Positions 12,582 through 25,065 of a stretch of DNA of 64,000 nucleotides are shown in pieces; the stretch's first letter is position 1; each line of letters starts with the position of its first letter. The notes below the pieces were generated by a model. It saw nothing but the letters and a program-made list of their open reading frames with translations. It was not told the DNA's origin and did not search any database. This DNA is from Ascoidea asiatica JCM 7603 (lineage: Eukaryota; Fungi; Ascomycota), in assembly GCA_001600695.1 (NCBI GenBank), contig BCKQ01000001.1:1738005-1802004 (forward strand), in the 5' to 3' direction. The translations under genes were made by a program, and so were the position numbers.

Positions 12582-13424
12582 CTCGAGCAAATCTTATAGA
12601 AATATGAGAAATCAATAGGTCTTCAGTTCATTCTATCTGTATGAATATTATACTTTTATCATTAATATTATGTCTATGCCCATACCTAATATTCTTTTTT
12701 CTTTTTTTTCATTCAGCAAAATTTTAGCTCTTGCTTAATTTTTTTATCTTTTATTTTTTATCTCATTTTTTCAACTCATTCATTCTATATTCCAGTTCTT
12801 TTCTCCTTATGATACATTCACAATTTTATCTTCTCAAAAAAATCAAATTCTTTATTTTATTACTTAAATTTTTTTTTTCGTTCAATTTTTTTTTTCTATT
12901 TGGGTTACTTTTCATATTAAAATTTTTATATTATATTTTTTAGGCTAGGATTCTTGGAAGTGTCCATTACTCAATTTTTTTCATTCAAAATATTTCTTTA
13001 TATACCTTGTGCTCTGTGCTTACTCAAATACTAAATGTATTTCATGACTACTTCAAAATGGAATGAGAATATATATAATCTAATAAAACATATTTTGCAT
13101 TTATCATTAGTTTCATCCTTTTAACATAAAACAAATATCAATTTTGTTTAATTTTGTACTAGAGACCAGTTTTTCGGGTCATATCTTGAATATTCCCATT
13201 ACGTAATCTCGCACTTTTTTACTTCTTTTCCACTTTTCTTCCATTTGAAAATCGAAAGGAACTAGAAACTGAAGCAAAAACTTGCTTACTAAAACAATTG
13301 AGCTCAGTCTGTATAAATTTAAAAAGATGAAATAATGATTCATTTGTGTTCAAAAGAAATCAAGTGTCTTTAGCTAAATAACTTTCTTTGTTTTTTTTTA
13401 AGAATATATTTATAAAGTTTAAAA

Positions 13425-14300
13425 ATGAGTAACGAAATACCCAAATCATTGGATAAAGTGAAAAATGTGCTTCTTGTAATGTCTGGAAAAGGTGGTGTTG
13501 GTAAATCATCAGTGACGACTCAACTTGCTTTATCTTTGGCATTAAAAGGATTCAAAGTTGGAGTATTGGATATTGATTTGACAGGGCCTTCTATTCCTAG
13601 AATGTTTGGGGTTGAAGATAAACAAATCCATCAATCTGTTCATGGTTGGATTCCTGTTTATATTCCTTGTTCTTCAAATAAGTTATCAATAATGTCAATA
13701 GGATTCTTAATAAAAAATAGAGGTGATAGTATTGTTTGGAGAGGTCCTAAAAAGACTTCAATGATAAGGCAGTTTTTATCTAATGTAGTCTGGGGTGAAT
13801 TAGATTATTTGATTATAGATACTCCTCCTGGAACCTCGGATGAACATATTTCAATAGCTGAAGAATTAAGACTGGCAAATCCCACTGGTGCTATATTAGT
13901 CACAACTCCACAAGATATTTCTGTTAATGATGTTAGAAAAGAATTTAATTTTTGCAAAAAAGTTGGTTTTAAAGTATTAGGAATAATTGAAAATATGAGT
14001 GGGTATATATGTCCATGTTGTTCAGAAGTTACAAATATATTCAGCAAAGGTGGTGGAAAAAACTTAGCAATTGAATACAATCTTCCATTTTTAGGGTTCT
14101 TACCAATTGATCCATCTTTTACTGATTTGATTGAAACAAATAATGAAAAAAATAATGATAAAAATGAAACTGATCTTGAAAATCTATCTCTCGAAGATGA
14201 TAAGAAAAATATAGAAATAGGTTTGCTACAAAAATATTCAAAAAATACTTTATATATTGAATTTTCGAAAATTTTAGATAATTTACTTGAAAGACTTTAA
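13425..14300 (+). CDS. CFD1: Cytosolic Fe-S cluster assembly P-loop NTPase Cfd1
   Basis: [48 protein letters not shown]. Lacks the N-terminal ferredoxin-like Cys motif of Nbp35. Confidence 0.93.
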   Translation: MSNEIPKSLDKVKNVLLVMSGKGGVGKSSVTTQLALSLALKGFKVGVLDIDLTGPSIPRMFGVEDKQIHQSVHGWIPVYIPCSSNKLSIMSIGFLIKNRGDSIVWRGPKKTSMIRQFLSNVVWGELDYLIIDTPPGTSDEHISIAEELRLANPTGAILVTTPQDISVNDVRKEFNFCKKVGFKVLGIIENMSGYICPCCSEVTNIFSKGGGKNLAIEYNLPFLGFLPIDPSFTDLIETNNEKNNDKNETDLENLSLEDDKKNIEIGLLQKYSKNTLYIEFSKILDNLLERL

Positions 14301-14589
14301 TAATACACTTTTTTTTATTTATAAAACATTCTTTAAAAACGATAATAATTACAGTAACTAAATAGAAATGCTTCATTTTTAAGATTATAAGTTTTCAAAT
14401 CATTCCAATAATTTCATTTTCTATTCTGACCAATTTTTTGAAAAGCGGTAAACGATCGGGATGGAATTAACTATGAGTAGAATATGAAAATTACTTATTT
14501 TCGATTGAGCTTACAATTATTCATTCAGAAATAACAACAATTAACTTTTATATTAAACAGATCTTAAAATAAATTAAGATAGTAAAAAA

Positions 14590-15072
14590 ATGGATAAATC
14601 TAAAATAGATGAATTGAATATAAATAAAGAATATATGCAATTAGCAATAGAAGAAGCGAAAAAATGTGAAGGAACAGAAGTTGCCTTTTGTGTTGGTGCA
14701 ATTTTGGTTGATAATGCGAATCAAATTATATCAACTGGATATTCTAGAGAATTACCTGGAAATACTCATGCTGAAGAATGCGCAATTAAAAAGTATTTTT
14801 TACAACATCCAAATGAAAAAATGTTGCCAGAAAATACAATTATTTATACAACAATGGAGCCATGTTCTGAAAGATTAAGTGGAAATTTACCTTGTTTGAA
14901 TAGAATACTAGAAGCTAGAAATATAAAAAAATGTTACGTTGGAGTTATGGAGCCAGAAACTTTTATTAAAAAAAATACAAGTTTCGAAAAATTAAAAGAA
15001 AATGGAATCGAATATATTAAAGTATCTGGATTTGAAGATGAGTGTCTTAGGGTTGCAACAAAGAAAAAATGA
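14590..15072 (+). CDS. RIB2: Rib2-type DRAP (diaminohydroxy-ribitylamino-pyrimidine phosphate) deaminase, stand-alone cytidine-deaminase fold
   Basis: AFCVGA, TGYSRELPGNTHAEEC (HxE), YTTMEPCSERLSGNLPC (PCxx...C) and GVMEP motifs. Confidence 0.8.
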   Translation: MDKSKIDELNINKEYMQLAIEEAKKCEGTEVAFCVGAILVDNANQIISTGYSRELPGNTHAEECAIKKYFLQHPNEKMLPENTIIYTTMEPCSERLSGNLPCLNRILEARNIKKCYVGVMEPETFIKKNTSFEKLKENGIEYIKVSGFEDECLRVATKKK

Positions 15073-16639
15073 AAATTATAATTATGTTGTTAAAGACTGA
15101 TTGGTAATTAAATGTTGAGTTTATAATGATAAAAATGAACTTTGCCTAAAAAATAGAAATACTGTTAATAGTTTGTAGTAATTTTAAGTTTAAGTTAATG
15201 AAAAAAGAAAGAAATGTTTCTTCCAAGAACAGCTACATCTGTTATATATCTGATTTAATTTACAGTTTTATAATTGGAGCTGAATTGATATTGATTAGCC
15301 TAAACTACTGATAAGAGAGAATCAGACCCTCGATTCAATCATTGAATGAATTAAAATAACTCAATCACTTTAAAAAAACAATGACTAGTCTAACATTTAA
15401 AATCACTTTAAAATTGTTTATTTTATCGAGCTATTCAATGATTGCCTCTCAACCATCGTACTTTGAAAATTAAAAAGAAACCATGAAAAAAAAATCTGTA
15501 GGAGTGAAATAAAATAGGGAAAAACAAATTCAATACTTTGAGATTAATTGTCATAATTAAACTTTACTAAAATTTCTTACAACCTTCTATAAACTTAGGA
15601 TTCGATTTAATAGGCATTATTACCTAAAGCTCAACTGTATCCAAAAACTAAGACTGTTTATTTAGTGTTTATTTTTTGATATTAGTTCAAATAAATATCC
15701 AACAGAAATATTTAGATAAAAATCTTTGAAAACTCAATTACTATGAATGGTTTTCAGAATATTCCTAAAAATAATTCAGCTCCTTTTTCATCCTTTACAA
15801 ATTTGTAAAGACAAAGCATTTCAGGGAAATACATTTTTGTATGCTAGTAATATCAAGTATAAATTTTTATTATTTAATGGTACTGTTGTTTTTTTTTAGG
15901 TTTCAAAATTCGATCTTTTTTTGTTTTCTCTTTTTTTCAAAAACATTTCTCTTGCCTATTTGACTGTTAAAGTTTATTGTTTTTCTTTGTCCTCAGCTTT
16001 TTCTTTCACGATATTTTTATAAACAAATTAAAACTAGTAACTTTACATTTTTCCGGTTTCCTTCTGCATACTCTTTTCCTCACTATTTTGTTTTTTTACT
16101 TTTCTTTTAGAATAAAACCTTATTCAAAAAATGATTATAATAAATACTAAATAAGCAATGAATCGATTACCACTAAATTCTTTCGGTAGAATGAAAACTT
16201 GTAGTTTTTTAAATTTTTGTAGCCCTTAAGATTTTTTGGAAAAATAAAGTTGAAGTGGATTCTTTGGCTAAAGCCTTAACTTAAAGGGATACGAGGATGG
16301 TTAAATGACTTCGTTTCCCAATGGGGAATAAAAAAAAATTTACCATGAAGCAGGGTCTACTTCAATCACAAACTTTTATTTTTTTGACAATAGGATCTAC
16401 TGTGAAATTAATCTTGTGATTGAAAATTTAGTTATGAAAAGACATAAATTTGGAATGATTTAATGCCGAAAAGGTCTTGATACTGTTCAGTGCAAACTAC
16501 AAATTACTAGAAATGTTTCCAGAATACTTTCCGTATTTTATTTATTAAAAAGTTTCAAACAATTGTTGAAAGTTTGAGATTTGTTTTTGAAGTTAATTTT
16601 AATACAAAAAAATATGAAATACAAGAAGTGCTTAATATA

Positions 16640-19428
16640 ATGAGAGTACCTATAATATATTTTTTGATTCTTCAAATTCAATTTGTCAATATAGCTTTTG
16701 CAGATAATAACAGTTCAAGTGTTGAAGATGGTTATTTATCAATACCATCTTATTTTGTCAATGGAAACTTATTTCTCAATCTTTCAATTGGTGAACCTGA
16801 AGTTAATTTGGCTTTGGTAGTTGATTTTGATGCGTGCTCATTATTCATACAATCTCCTCTTAATCCATTTTACTTAGATACAATAATAAATCAAAATTTA
16901 TCTTTTTATAGTGATTTCGTGGAAACTGTCAGTTCCGGTAATTCAACATCATTTGGCTCTTATTTAGATTCAAATTCAACAAATTACATTCCTCTTGAAA
17001 CTGCAGAAAATAATTTATGTTATAATTCTGGATGTAATTCAGTTGGTGTACTTTCAAATGATTCAATCAAATATTCTAATTCAGATGTTTTACCAAATAG
17101 TACATTTTGCAACACTTATTACTCAACATGCAGTCGTAGTCAAATTGGCTTTTCTAGTTTCTGTGATAGTGATGCCGGTGGATCAATATGGTCAAATTTA
17201 GTTACCAGAGATGTAATTAAAAGGAGAGTTGTCTCATATAGTTTTAGAGATTTGATAACCAATCTTCTTCTTTTTTATTAGGTGCAGTTGATAAATCAAA
17301 ATTCTTAGATGATGTTTTGGTTTCAGTTCCATTTGTTAATAAAGAAAATCAGGCAACAGATCCTGATATTTCAACAGTTTCAGTTACATTGAATAATTTA
17401 TATTTAGATTCAGATTACTTCACTAATGATACTAATGATATAATGAACTCAGCTTCTTATCCAATTCAATTTGGTATAAGAGGCTCTAATGCAATATTGA
17501 CACAACTTCAAATTCCTAATGTCTTTGAAACAAGAATTAGCTCATTGTTAGCAAATTTGAACAAAACATGTTGGGAGGAAAGTGAAACGACTAATTGTAC
17601 ATTGTCCGATATTATTCTCAATAGTTTTCTAAGATTCAACTTTTCTGGTTATGAAATCTCAATACCTTTGAAAGAAGTGAAGCATAATTTTCTGAATTAT
17701 GAAATTTCTCTTAATTCTTTCAGTGATTTGAACAGTTCATTCTTCATCTATACAACAGAAACAACTTTTTATTTAGGCTATACCTTTTTTAAATATTTTT
17801 ATATGTTGACTGATTTTGATAATAGTTATGTTGCTCTTGGAAAATCAACTTTTGATTATGAATTAGATGAATTTGTTGAGGATGATGAAAGTGAAATTGA
17901 AGTTATTGATGATTCCAATATAAAAACATTAGTTTCAAAGGCCCCTTATTATAACGATTCTTACTATTATTATTCTTCTTCCTTTACAAAAACATATTCA
18001 AGTGATTTAACTATAAGCTCAACAATAACAGAATCTGATAATGATACATTAACTTATCAAATGACTAAAACTTATTACTTAGAGGTGATTTCTACAAGTT
18101 TTAGTAGACAAACTGATCAAGAAAGTTTTTACTCCTCTATAAATGATAAAACTTATAATATACCAATTCCAACAGAAACAGCTAATTTTTCAGCTTTATA
18201 TGAGAATCCAGAAAAATTATCAGAAGATTTGAACACAGGATACTTTAATAATGATACAAATCTAGAAGGATACATTAAAGTACCATATGTAATAAAAGAG
18301 AATGAAGCCAGATACCCTTGCTACTATATCAACATGTCAGTTGGTTATCCAACCCAAGAAGTTGAGTTCTCTCTTTCAACCGAATTTTCAGATACAGTTT
18401 TAAGTTCATATTATTCGCAAAAAAAAGGTTTTATTCCTTTTTATGATAGTTCATTATCAGAAACTGTATTTCCAAATTTAACAAACTCAGGGACTTCTTT
18501 TTCTTATTATACTTCATATTATAAAAGTGATAATTTTTATATGATCCAAGATTCAAGTGAAGTCCTTAATCATGTTTCTTTTGCTTATAGTGATGCATTT
18601 CCTTTTTTTCAAACAAGTATTCTTGGATTGAATCCATTATTACCAACTTCAGCTCAAATAAATTATGCCAATTTAAAATATGAAACTTTCTTGGATAAAA
18701 TGGTTTCAGGTAACTTAATCAAAAAAAGGGCATTTAGTTTATTTGATTATTCTGATAATGGAGATTGTATATTTGATGGCACGTTGATATTCGGCGGAAT
18801 TGATACAGAAAAGTACAAAGGAAATCTTTCAACAGTAAGTTTTGAGAATATTGAGTTGAACGATCCAAGTACAAGAAAAGGAATATTCAGTGGAATTTCT
18901 GTTGATTTGATTAGTGTTTCATTTATTCATTCAATATTCGATAATCAAAATAAAGAATATAGTATGAAAACAGTTTTAATGAAAGAACAGCAGATTCAAG
19001 AAAACAATATTACTCTTAATTTGGATTTAAGCTTTAAAAGTTATGCAATGAGTTTACCAAGAGCAATTTATAATGAATTTTTTACTGATTATTTACACTC
19101 AACTTATATTTCGGGAAATGGGGATGCAAATTATGCTTGTGAAGTAGCTCTTGAGACAGATTATTTCAGCTTTGAATTGAACGAAGGATTTATGAATATT
19201 TCTTTGAAAGATATGGCTTATAATCACACAAGTAGTTCAGACAGTTGTGGTATTCATAATCAAAACATAACATATGGAGAAAGTCTGACAAATATTATTT
19301 TGGGATACACTGGATTGAAGCAGTTATATATGGTTTATGACTTTGACGACCAAGAGGTTTCATTTGCTCCATTAAGAGATGATTTGAATAGTATTGAAGT
19401 AAGCGAATCAATTGGAATTATGGAGTAG
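16640..19428 (+). pseudogene. Secreted yapsin-like protein with two tandem pepsin folds, interrupted by a 1-nt frameshift near 17251-17253 (pseudogene or sequence error)
   Basis: ATG at 16640 with a signal peptide. Adding one T at GAT-TT(T)-GAT joins ORFs 16574-17281 and 17317-19428 into IKRRVVSYSFRDFDNQSSSFLLGAVDKSKF. Pepsin hallmarks appear twice (LNLSIGEP/INMSVGYPTQ, LGAVD.SKF/IFGGIDTEKY, LG..F.K.FY..TDFDN/LG...LKQLYMVYDFDD). Confidence 0.75.
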
Positions 19429-20223
19429 GATTGATGAAAGCAAAATAGAGTCAAGGAAATAAATAGAGAAAAAAGGGTGGATTTCTGGTTGGAAATACGG
19501 TTTCAATTCAAACAAGCAGACCTACTCAAACTTTACTGTTCAATACACGATACAGTGCATAGAGAATTCTGTAACTACATAATTTTTTATATTTACACTA
19601 AATTTATCCTTTTAATAAATGTAAAGAATCAGTCTGACTTTATTTGAAGAACTTGATATAATCTTTTTTCAATTATAAGCTCTCGATATTTTATCTTTCT
19701 ATCTCCAGGAAAATAGTCAATCTTTGGTATTGAAAATTCTTGAAACCACTAAAGTTCATGAACAAATAGGAAAAACTCAGCTTTCAAATTAAGTTTTTAA
19801 AGCTTTGATGGAAAGCTACTTTTTCAAAAATAAATCTAGAAATGAGTTTTATTTGAGGTTATTTTATTCTCATACAAACAGTATAAACGTCAATTTCTTA
19901 AAAATATTATTGATCTTATAATAAATATTCTGATGTCTGGAAATAGATTAATTCCAAATATAAAAATTCTGAGTTAGTTTTGATTGTATCTGAACATAAG
20001 TTTGGTAAAATTATTAGTTCGGTCAGTTTTTTAGAGTGATTTGAAAAACATGCTTTTTTTGCTCCTTTAATGGTAAAAAAGTCATTGATGGTCAAAAGAT
20101 ATTTAAATGACTTGACGATTTTCCACAAAAAAAATCAGAATTCAATATTATTATACTCCTATTTAATTTTTTAGGACTATAAGCAGAATAATCACAAATT
20201 TAATTACAGCTTTTTTCAGCATC

Positions 20224-22084
20224 ATGGACATGAAAATGAAGTTCCAAAACTTGAAGTTTATTTTATTTATACAATTATTGATTAGTAGATCAATAGTTGG
20301 TGAATATTCAAATCATTATTTTCAGCTAGAATTATATTCAGATCAACCTTTTAGTGCTGAAGTTGGTACTTCAGCTCAAGAAATATTTTTTAATATAAAC
20401 TTATTTTCTTCAAAATCCTATATAACAACAATATTCAATACAGTTTGTAATTATTCTTCAAATTTTTCAAATTTTACTTCAAGTTCATTCTACATCTTGT
20501 AATTATTTTGGCTTTAATAATTTTGAATCTTCATCATTCAACAATCTTGAACTTCCACCATTTTATGATATATTTTCTTTAACAAATCCTACTGGATTTT
20601 GGGGTGCTGATACTTTAACTTTAGAAAATTCAGAAGCTTTAAATATTTCATTAGATAATTTTACTTTTGGTTTAAATTATTATGACGATTCACTAATAAA
20701 TATTCTTGGAGCTAGTCAATTAGGCTTATTTTATAATAATTCTCAATTCAAATATTCGTATAATGATATTTCTTCAAATATTGATAATGTTGAATTTTCT
20801 TTGATATCAGAACATTTGGATTCAAAAATCAATATTTCAACAAATATTTGGGATAACTTGATAAAACAAAATTATATAGATAGAAGAGTACTTTCAGTTA
20901 ATTATCCTAGTGAGAATAGCTCAGGATCTCTTTTATTTGGAGCTTATGATAATTCAAAATTTTTAGAAAATAATTTAACTTCAGTTCCTATGGTAAATAA
21001 TTCAGTTGCTTTTACATTAACACCGTTAACATTGATACCAACAGATGAATTTATGTCTTCTTATTCTTCCAATAAATCTTATAATTTATTAGTTAATTCA
21101 GATCTAAAAACTTATCCAAATGACGAAAATATTAGATATCCAGTAATTCCAAATATTATTGCAAATAGTGGAACTGGTGATAGTTTAAAATATTTTGATA
21201 ATGAAACAAGTTATTTACCATATTCTTTATATTGTAATCTTTATAAAACTGATATTTTTAAAATTTGTATGGGAAATACAACATCATTTTTAAATGAAAC
21301 TTATTCATTATTGGAGGATAATGAAGGAGATTTAATTGAAGATTCTTTTGAAGATTTAATCGATACTTATGATTTAGCTTCTCTTTATTTTGATGGTGAA
21401 AATAGTTTGAACTATAATTATTCTAAAAAATGTTTTGAAGAATTAAACAAAGGTGAAATTTTAATGGATTTTCAAGGTTTTAAAATTCGTAGTAATTTAA
21501 GTGATATTTTAACTTTTGAAGTAGGATATAGTTTTTATTCGGATGAACCAGTTTCATTTATTGCAAATGTAAGAATAGAATCATTATATAAAAATGAATC
21601 CACAAGTTTTACAGAAACTTTTATTTTAGGAAGTAAAATATCTAAGAAATTATATTTGGTTTATGATTTTGATTATTTAACTGTTAATTTGGGTACATTA
21701 AATTCTAGCTCAAATTTAGATACATTTAATAATGTAAGTATAATTGTACCAAATAATTCAAGTATTTTAAATAATGCTACAAAAGCAGCTAATTTTTCAA
21801 GTTCATTTTATTCAACAGAAGTTACTTCAACTACATATCATAGAAATTATAATATGACAGTAACAATTTCTGAATCAGATGGAAGTAATATAACAAGTAT
21901 ATATTCTACAAGAAGTAAAGAAATTATTTCAACTACATTTTATAAAACAGATGATTATATTAGTTTCATTGGCAACGGAAGCAAAAAAGTTACTTCAACT
22001 AAATCTTTGAGTTCTAAGTTTGGAATTGATTTTCAATTGTATATTGGAGTATTTTTTATATTATTTTTAATAATTTATATCTGA
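20224..22084 (+). pseudogene. GPI-anchored yapsin-like protein interrupted by a 1-nt frameshift near 20480-20490 (pseudogene or sequence error)
   Basis: Signal peptide in ORF 20224-20502. The next frame is open from before 20490 (STSCNYFGF...GFWGADTL...FTFGL...LGL) into ORF 20801-22084, which has GSLLFGAYDNSKF, ILG....KKLYLVYDFD and a hydrophobic C-terminus. Confidence 0.75.
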
Positions 22085-22425
22085 ATGAATGCAATATTTA
22101 TTAATTTATTAGCAACTTTTTGTAAAATATTATAGATATAGTTAGTATTACTAATGTAGTTAGTAATTACTGTTAGTAAAATAAGGTTACTACTGTAAAG
22201 AATAGTTAAGGGATGAATATCGGATAACAGCGATGATTATTCATCCTATGAAAAGTCGTGAGAATAAATGAAGAGAATAATTGAATATTCAATTCTTATA
22301 AATATAAAAAAGAGGTATATTTATTTATTGAATTATATTATATTATTATTTTATATTGTAGTTATATAAGTTATAAAAGTTTCAATATAAATTACATCAA
22401 TTAATAAGTCTTTAAGTTGTACAAA

Positions 22426-23637
22426 ATGATGTTAAGTTCAATTAGTAGAACTAATATAATTAGTGGAATTAATGGAAAACAAATAAATTCAATTTTCAAA
22501 ATAAATAAAAATATTATTATTAGAAATTATCAAATTAATTCTAAATCAATTGTTTATTCAGAATATGGTATACCAAAAGAGAAAATTGAAGTTAAAAGTA
22601 ATTTAATTGAGACTGAGAATTTAAAAAAAAATGAAATTTTATTAAAATTAATTGCACATCCAATTAATCCATCAGATATTAATCAAATTGAAGGAGTTTA
22701 TCCATCGAGACCAGAGATGAAAAAAATTTTAAATAGTGAAAAATTAATTTCAATTGGTGGTAATGAAGGATTATTTAAAATTGTTGAAATTGGTAAAGGA
22801 ATTTCAAATTTTAAAAAAAATGATTGGGTTATACCATTATTTCCAAATTTAGGTACATGGAATACATTTAAAATTATTAATGATGAGAAATTATTATTTA
22901 AGATTCCAAATAATGGAAAAATTTCAATTGAAGAAGGTTCAACAATTTCAGTTAATCCATGTACAGCATTACAAATGATTAAAAATTTTAAAAAATTAGA
23001 TGAAAATGATTGGATTATTCAAAACGGTGGAAATTCATCAGTTGGTAAATATGTTATACAAATTTGTAAAAAAAAAAAAATTAATACAATTAATGTTATT
23101 AGAAAAAGAGAAGATGAAAATGAGATGAATAAAGTTATCAGAGAATTGAATAAATTAGGAGCAACAAAAGTTATAAGTGAAGAAGATAATAATTCAAGAG
23201 AATTTTCACCCATTTTTAAAAATTGGATTAAAGAAAGTAAAAGTGAAGTTAAATTAGGATTAAATTGTGTAAGTGGTAAATCATCAATGGGAATTGCAAG
23301 AAAATTAAGTAAAGGTGGAATTTTAGTTACATATGGTGGTATGTCAAAAAAACCAGTTACATTACCAACATCATTATTTATATTTAAAGATATTACTGCA
23401 AAAGGATTTTGGATTACAAAAAATAATTTTGAAGATCCAGAAAATAAAAAAGAAACATTGAATGAAATTATTGAAATGTATAAAAATAAAGAATTAATTG
23501 TTTCAGATTGTGAAAAAAAGTATATAGATATGAGTAAGATTGAAAAAGATGAAGATTTATTAAATATATATCTTAAAGCTTTAGAAGATTCTCAAAAGAA
23601 AAAACAATTGATTGTTATGAAAGATGAAGTTGATTAA
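22426..23637 (+). CDS. ETR1: Mitochondrial 2-enoyl thioester (enoyl-ACP) reductase
   Basis: PINPSDINQIEGVYPSRP, GGNEG, TISVNPCTA, QNGGNSSVG, VTYGGMSKKP, GFW. ATG at 22426. Confidence 0.95.
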   Translation: MMLSSISRTNIISGINGKQINSIFKINKNIIIRNYQINSKSIVYSEYGIPKEKIEVKSNLIETENLKKNEILLKLIAHPINPSDINQIEGVYPSRPEMKKILNSEKLISIGGNEGLFKIVEIGKGISNFKKNDWVIPLFPNLGTWNTFKIINDEKLLFKIPNNGKISIEEGSTISVNPCTALQMIKNFKKLDENDWIIQNGGNSSVGKYVIQICKKKKINTINVIRKREDENEMNKVIRELNKLGATKVISEEDNNSREFSPIFKNWIKESKSEVKLGLNCVSGKSSMGIARKLSKGGILVTYGGMSKKPVTLPTSLFIFKDITAKGFWITKNNFEDPENKKETLNEIIEMYKNKELIVSDCEKKYIDMSKIEKDEDLLNIYLKALEDSQKKKQLIVMKDEVD

Positions 23638-23803
23638 TTAAATGACAATTTGGAAAATAGATTTAGAAAATAAATAAAGTTAGTAGTTTTAGTTTATTGG
23701 AGAGTAAATAAGAAATTGAAATACCCAATACAGATAAACCCCAAATTGTAACGTCAACAAATCAGAGCTTGGTAACACGCACTTTTTAACGGGTGTTATA
23801 AAA

Positions 23804-23829
23804 AGATCATGTGACATAGATCATGTGAC
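23804..23829. promoter_or_regulatory. Tandem E-box (bHLH-type) sites
   Basis: AGATCATGTGAC-AT-AGATCATGTGAC direct repeat at the start of a GC-rich patch upstream of BUD14. Confidence 0.45.
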
Positions 23830-25065
23830 GGAGGGGAAACAGACCACTGAGGCGCGGCAGCACAACAACAAGAGTGTGGCGGTGCTAAGTTTCAGTGTGG
23901 CAAAGTGAGGAAAGAGAAGAAAAAGGAGAAGCAGAAGCAGAAGCAGCAGCAGAAGAAGAGCCACGAAACAAGAATAAATAAACAACAGAGGCAAAAGTTG
24001 ATTTAATAGCTCAAGCTCTGATCACTCCAGCTAAATAACTGATTGATCATTTATATATTTAAATCTAATAGAACTACTCAACTTTAGTAAATTAAATCAA
24101 ATACAACCAAAATCTAGTGAAGTCAACAACAAATCTGAAATCTAAGGTGAAAGATCAAGATTTGTACCTATTTGCAGTGTGGTAAAGTTTAGTAACTGTA
24201 GCTGCAATTTAGCATTAGTAACTAACTATCTTTTCTCTGAGGTGAGTCTCGTCTAAAGTATCAACATCAATACTCCTTCTCAATCTGAAGATATATATAA
24301 TCAAATAAACAAAACTAATCAAAGAGTAATCAAAGAGTAATTCAAGAGTAATACAATATTAATTCAAGAGTAATTCAATTCTAAATCTACGTTTAAAAAC
24401 TATTGAAACTATTGAACAACTTCAAGTTACAAATATTCTTTACTTACTCTTTCTAATATTCAACGCAAGACACTGTTCGCTTTTTACCAATTTAATTACA
24501 TATTTACTTCTACTTATACTTTTACTTTCTCATTCACAAAGTTTCAAATCTATTAAAATATACTCAAATTTACTAAATTATATTAAAATATATTAGAATC
24601 TACTTTTATTCATCAAATCACCAAAAGATTTATATATTAATCTACATAATCAATTTCATTCTTTTAATTTTAAAGATATAATCATTAAATTTCTTTACCA
24701 ATTTCCACTATTCAAATAAAAGTCACTATTTCTAATAATAACTTGTCCCTTTTTCATCAATTACATTAACATTTTATATTTACTCCATATTTATTTATTA
24801 TATTATTTATTTTCATATTATTTCTCATCTTATCAAATATTATATCACATACTATATTCAAATTACATTCAAATCACATTCATATTATATTAGATTTATG
24901 AATTAGTTAATCAATCAATCAATCAAATAATCAATCAATCCTTTCATTGTTTATTATTTAAAACTTTTATTTCAATCCTCTATAATATAATATAATATAA
25001 TACAATATAAACAACGTTTATAAAATATCAACTACAATCTATTAATTCTATATTTTATATTACAA

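Noticed and set aside
17213-17281. Intron (GTAATT...TTTTTTATTAG) explaining the break in the first yapsin-like gene
   Set aside because: It is 69 nt, a multiple of 3, so it does not change frame. It lacks a CTAAC branch site and would delete the conserved IKRRVVS segment.
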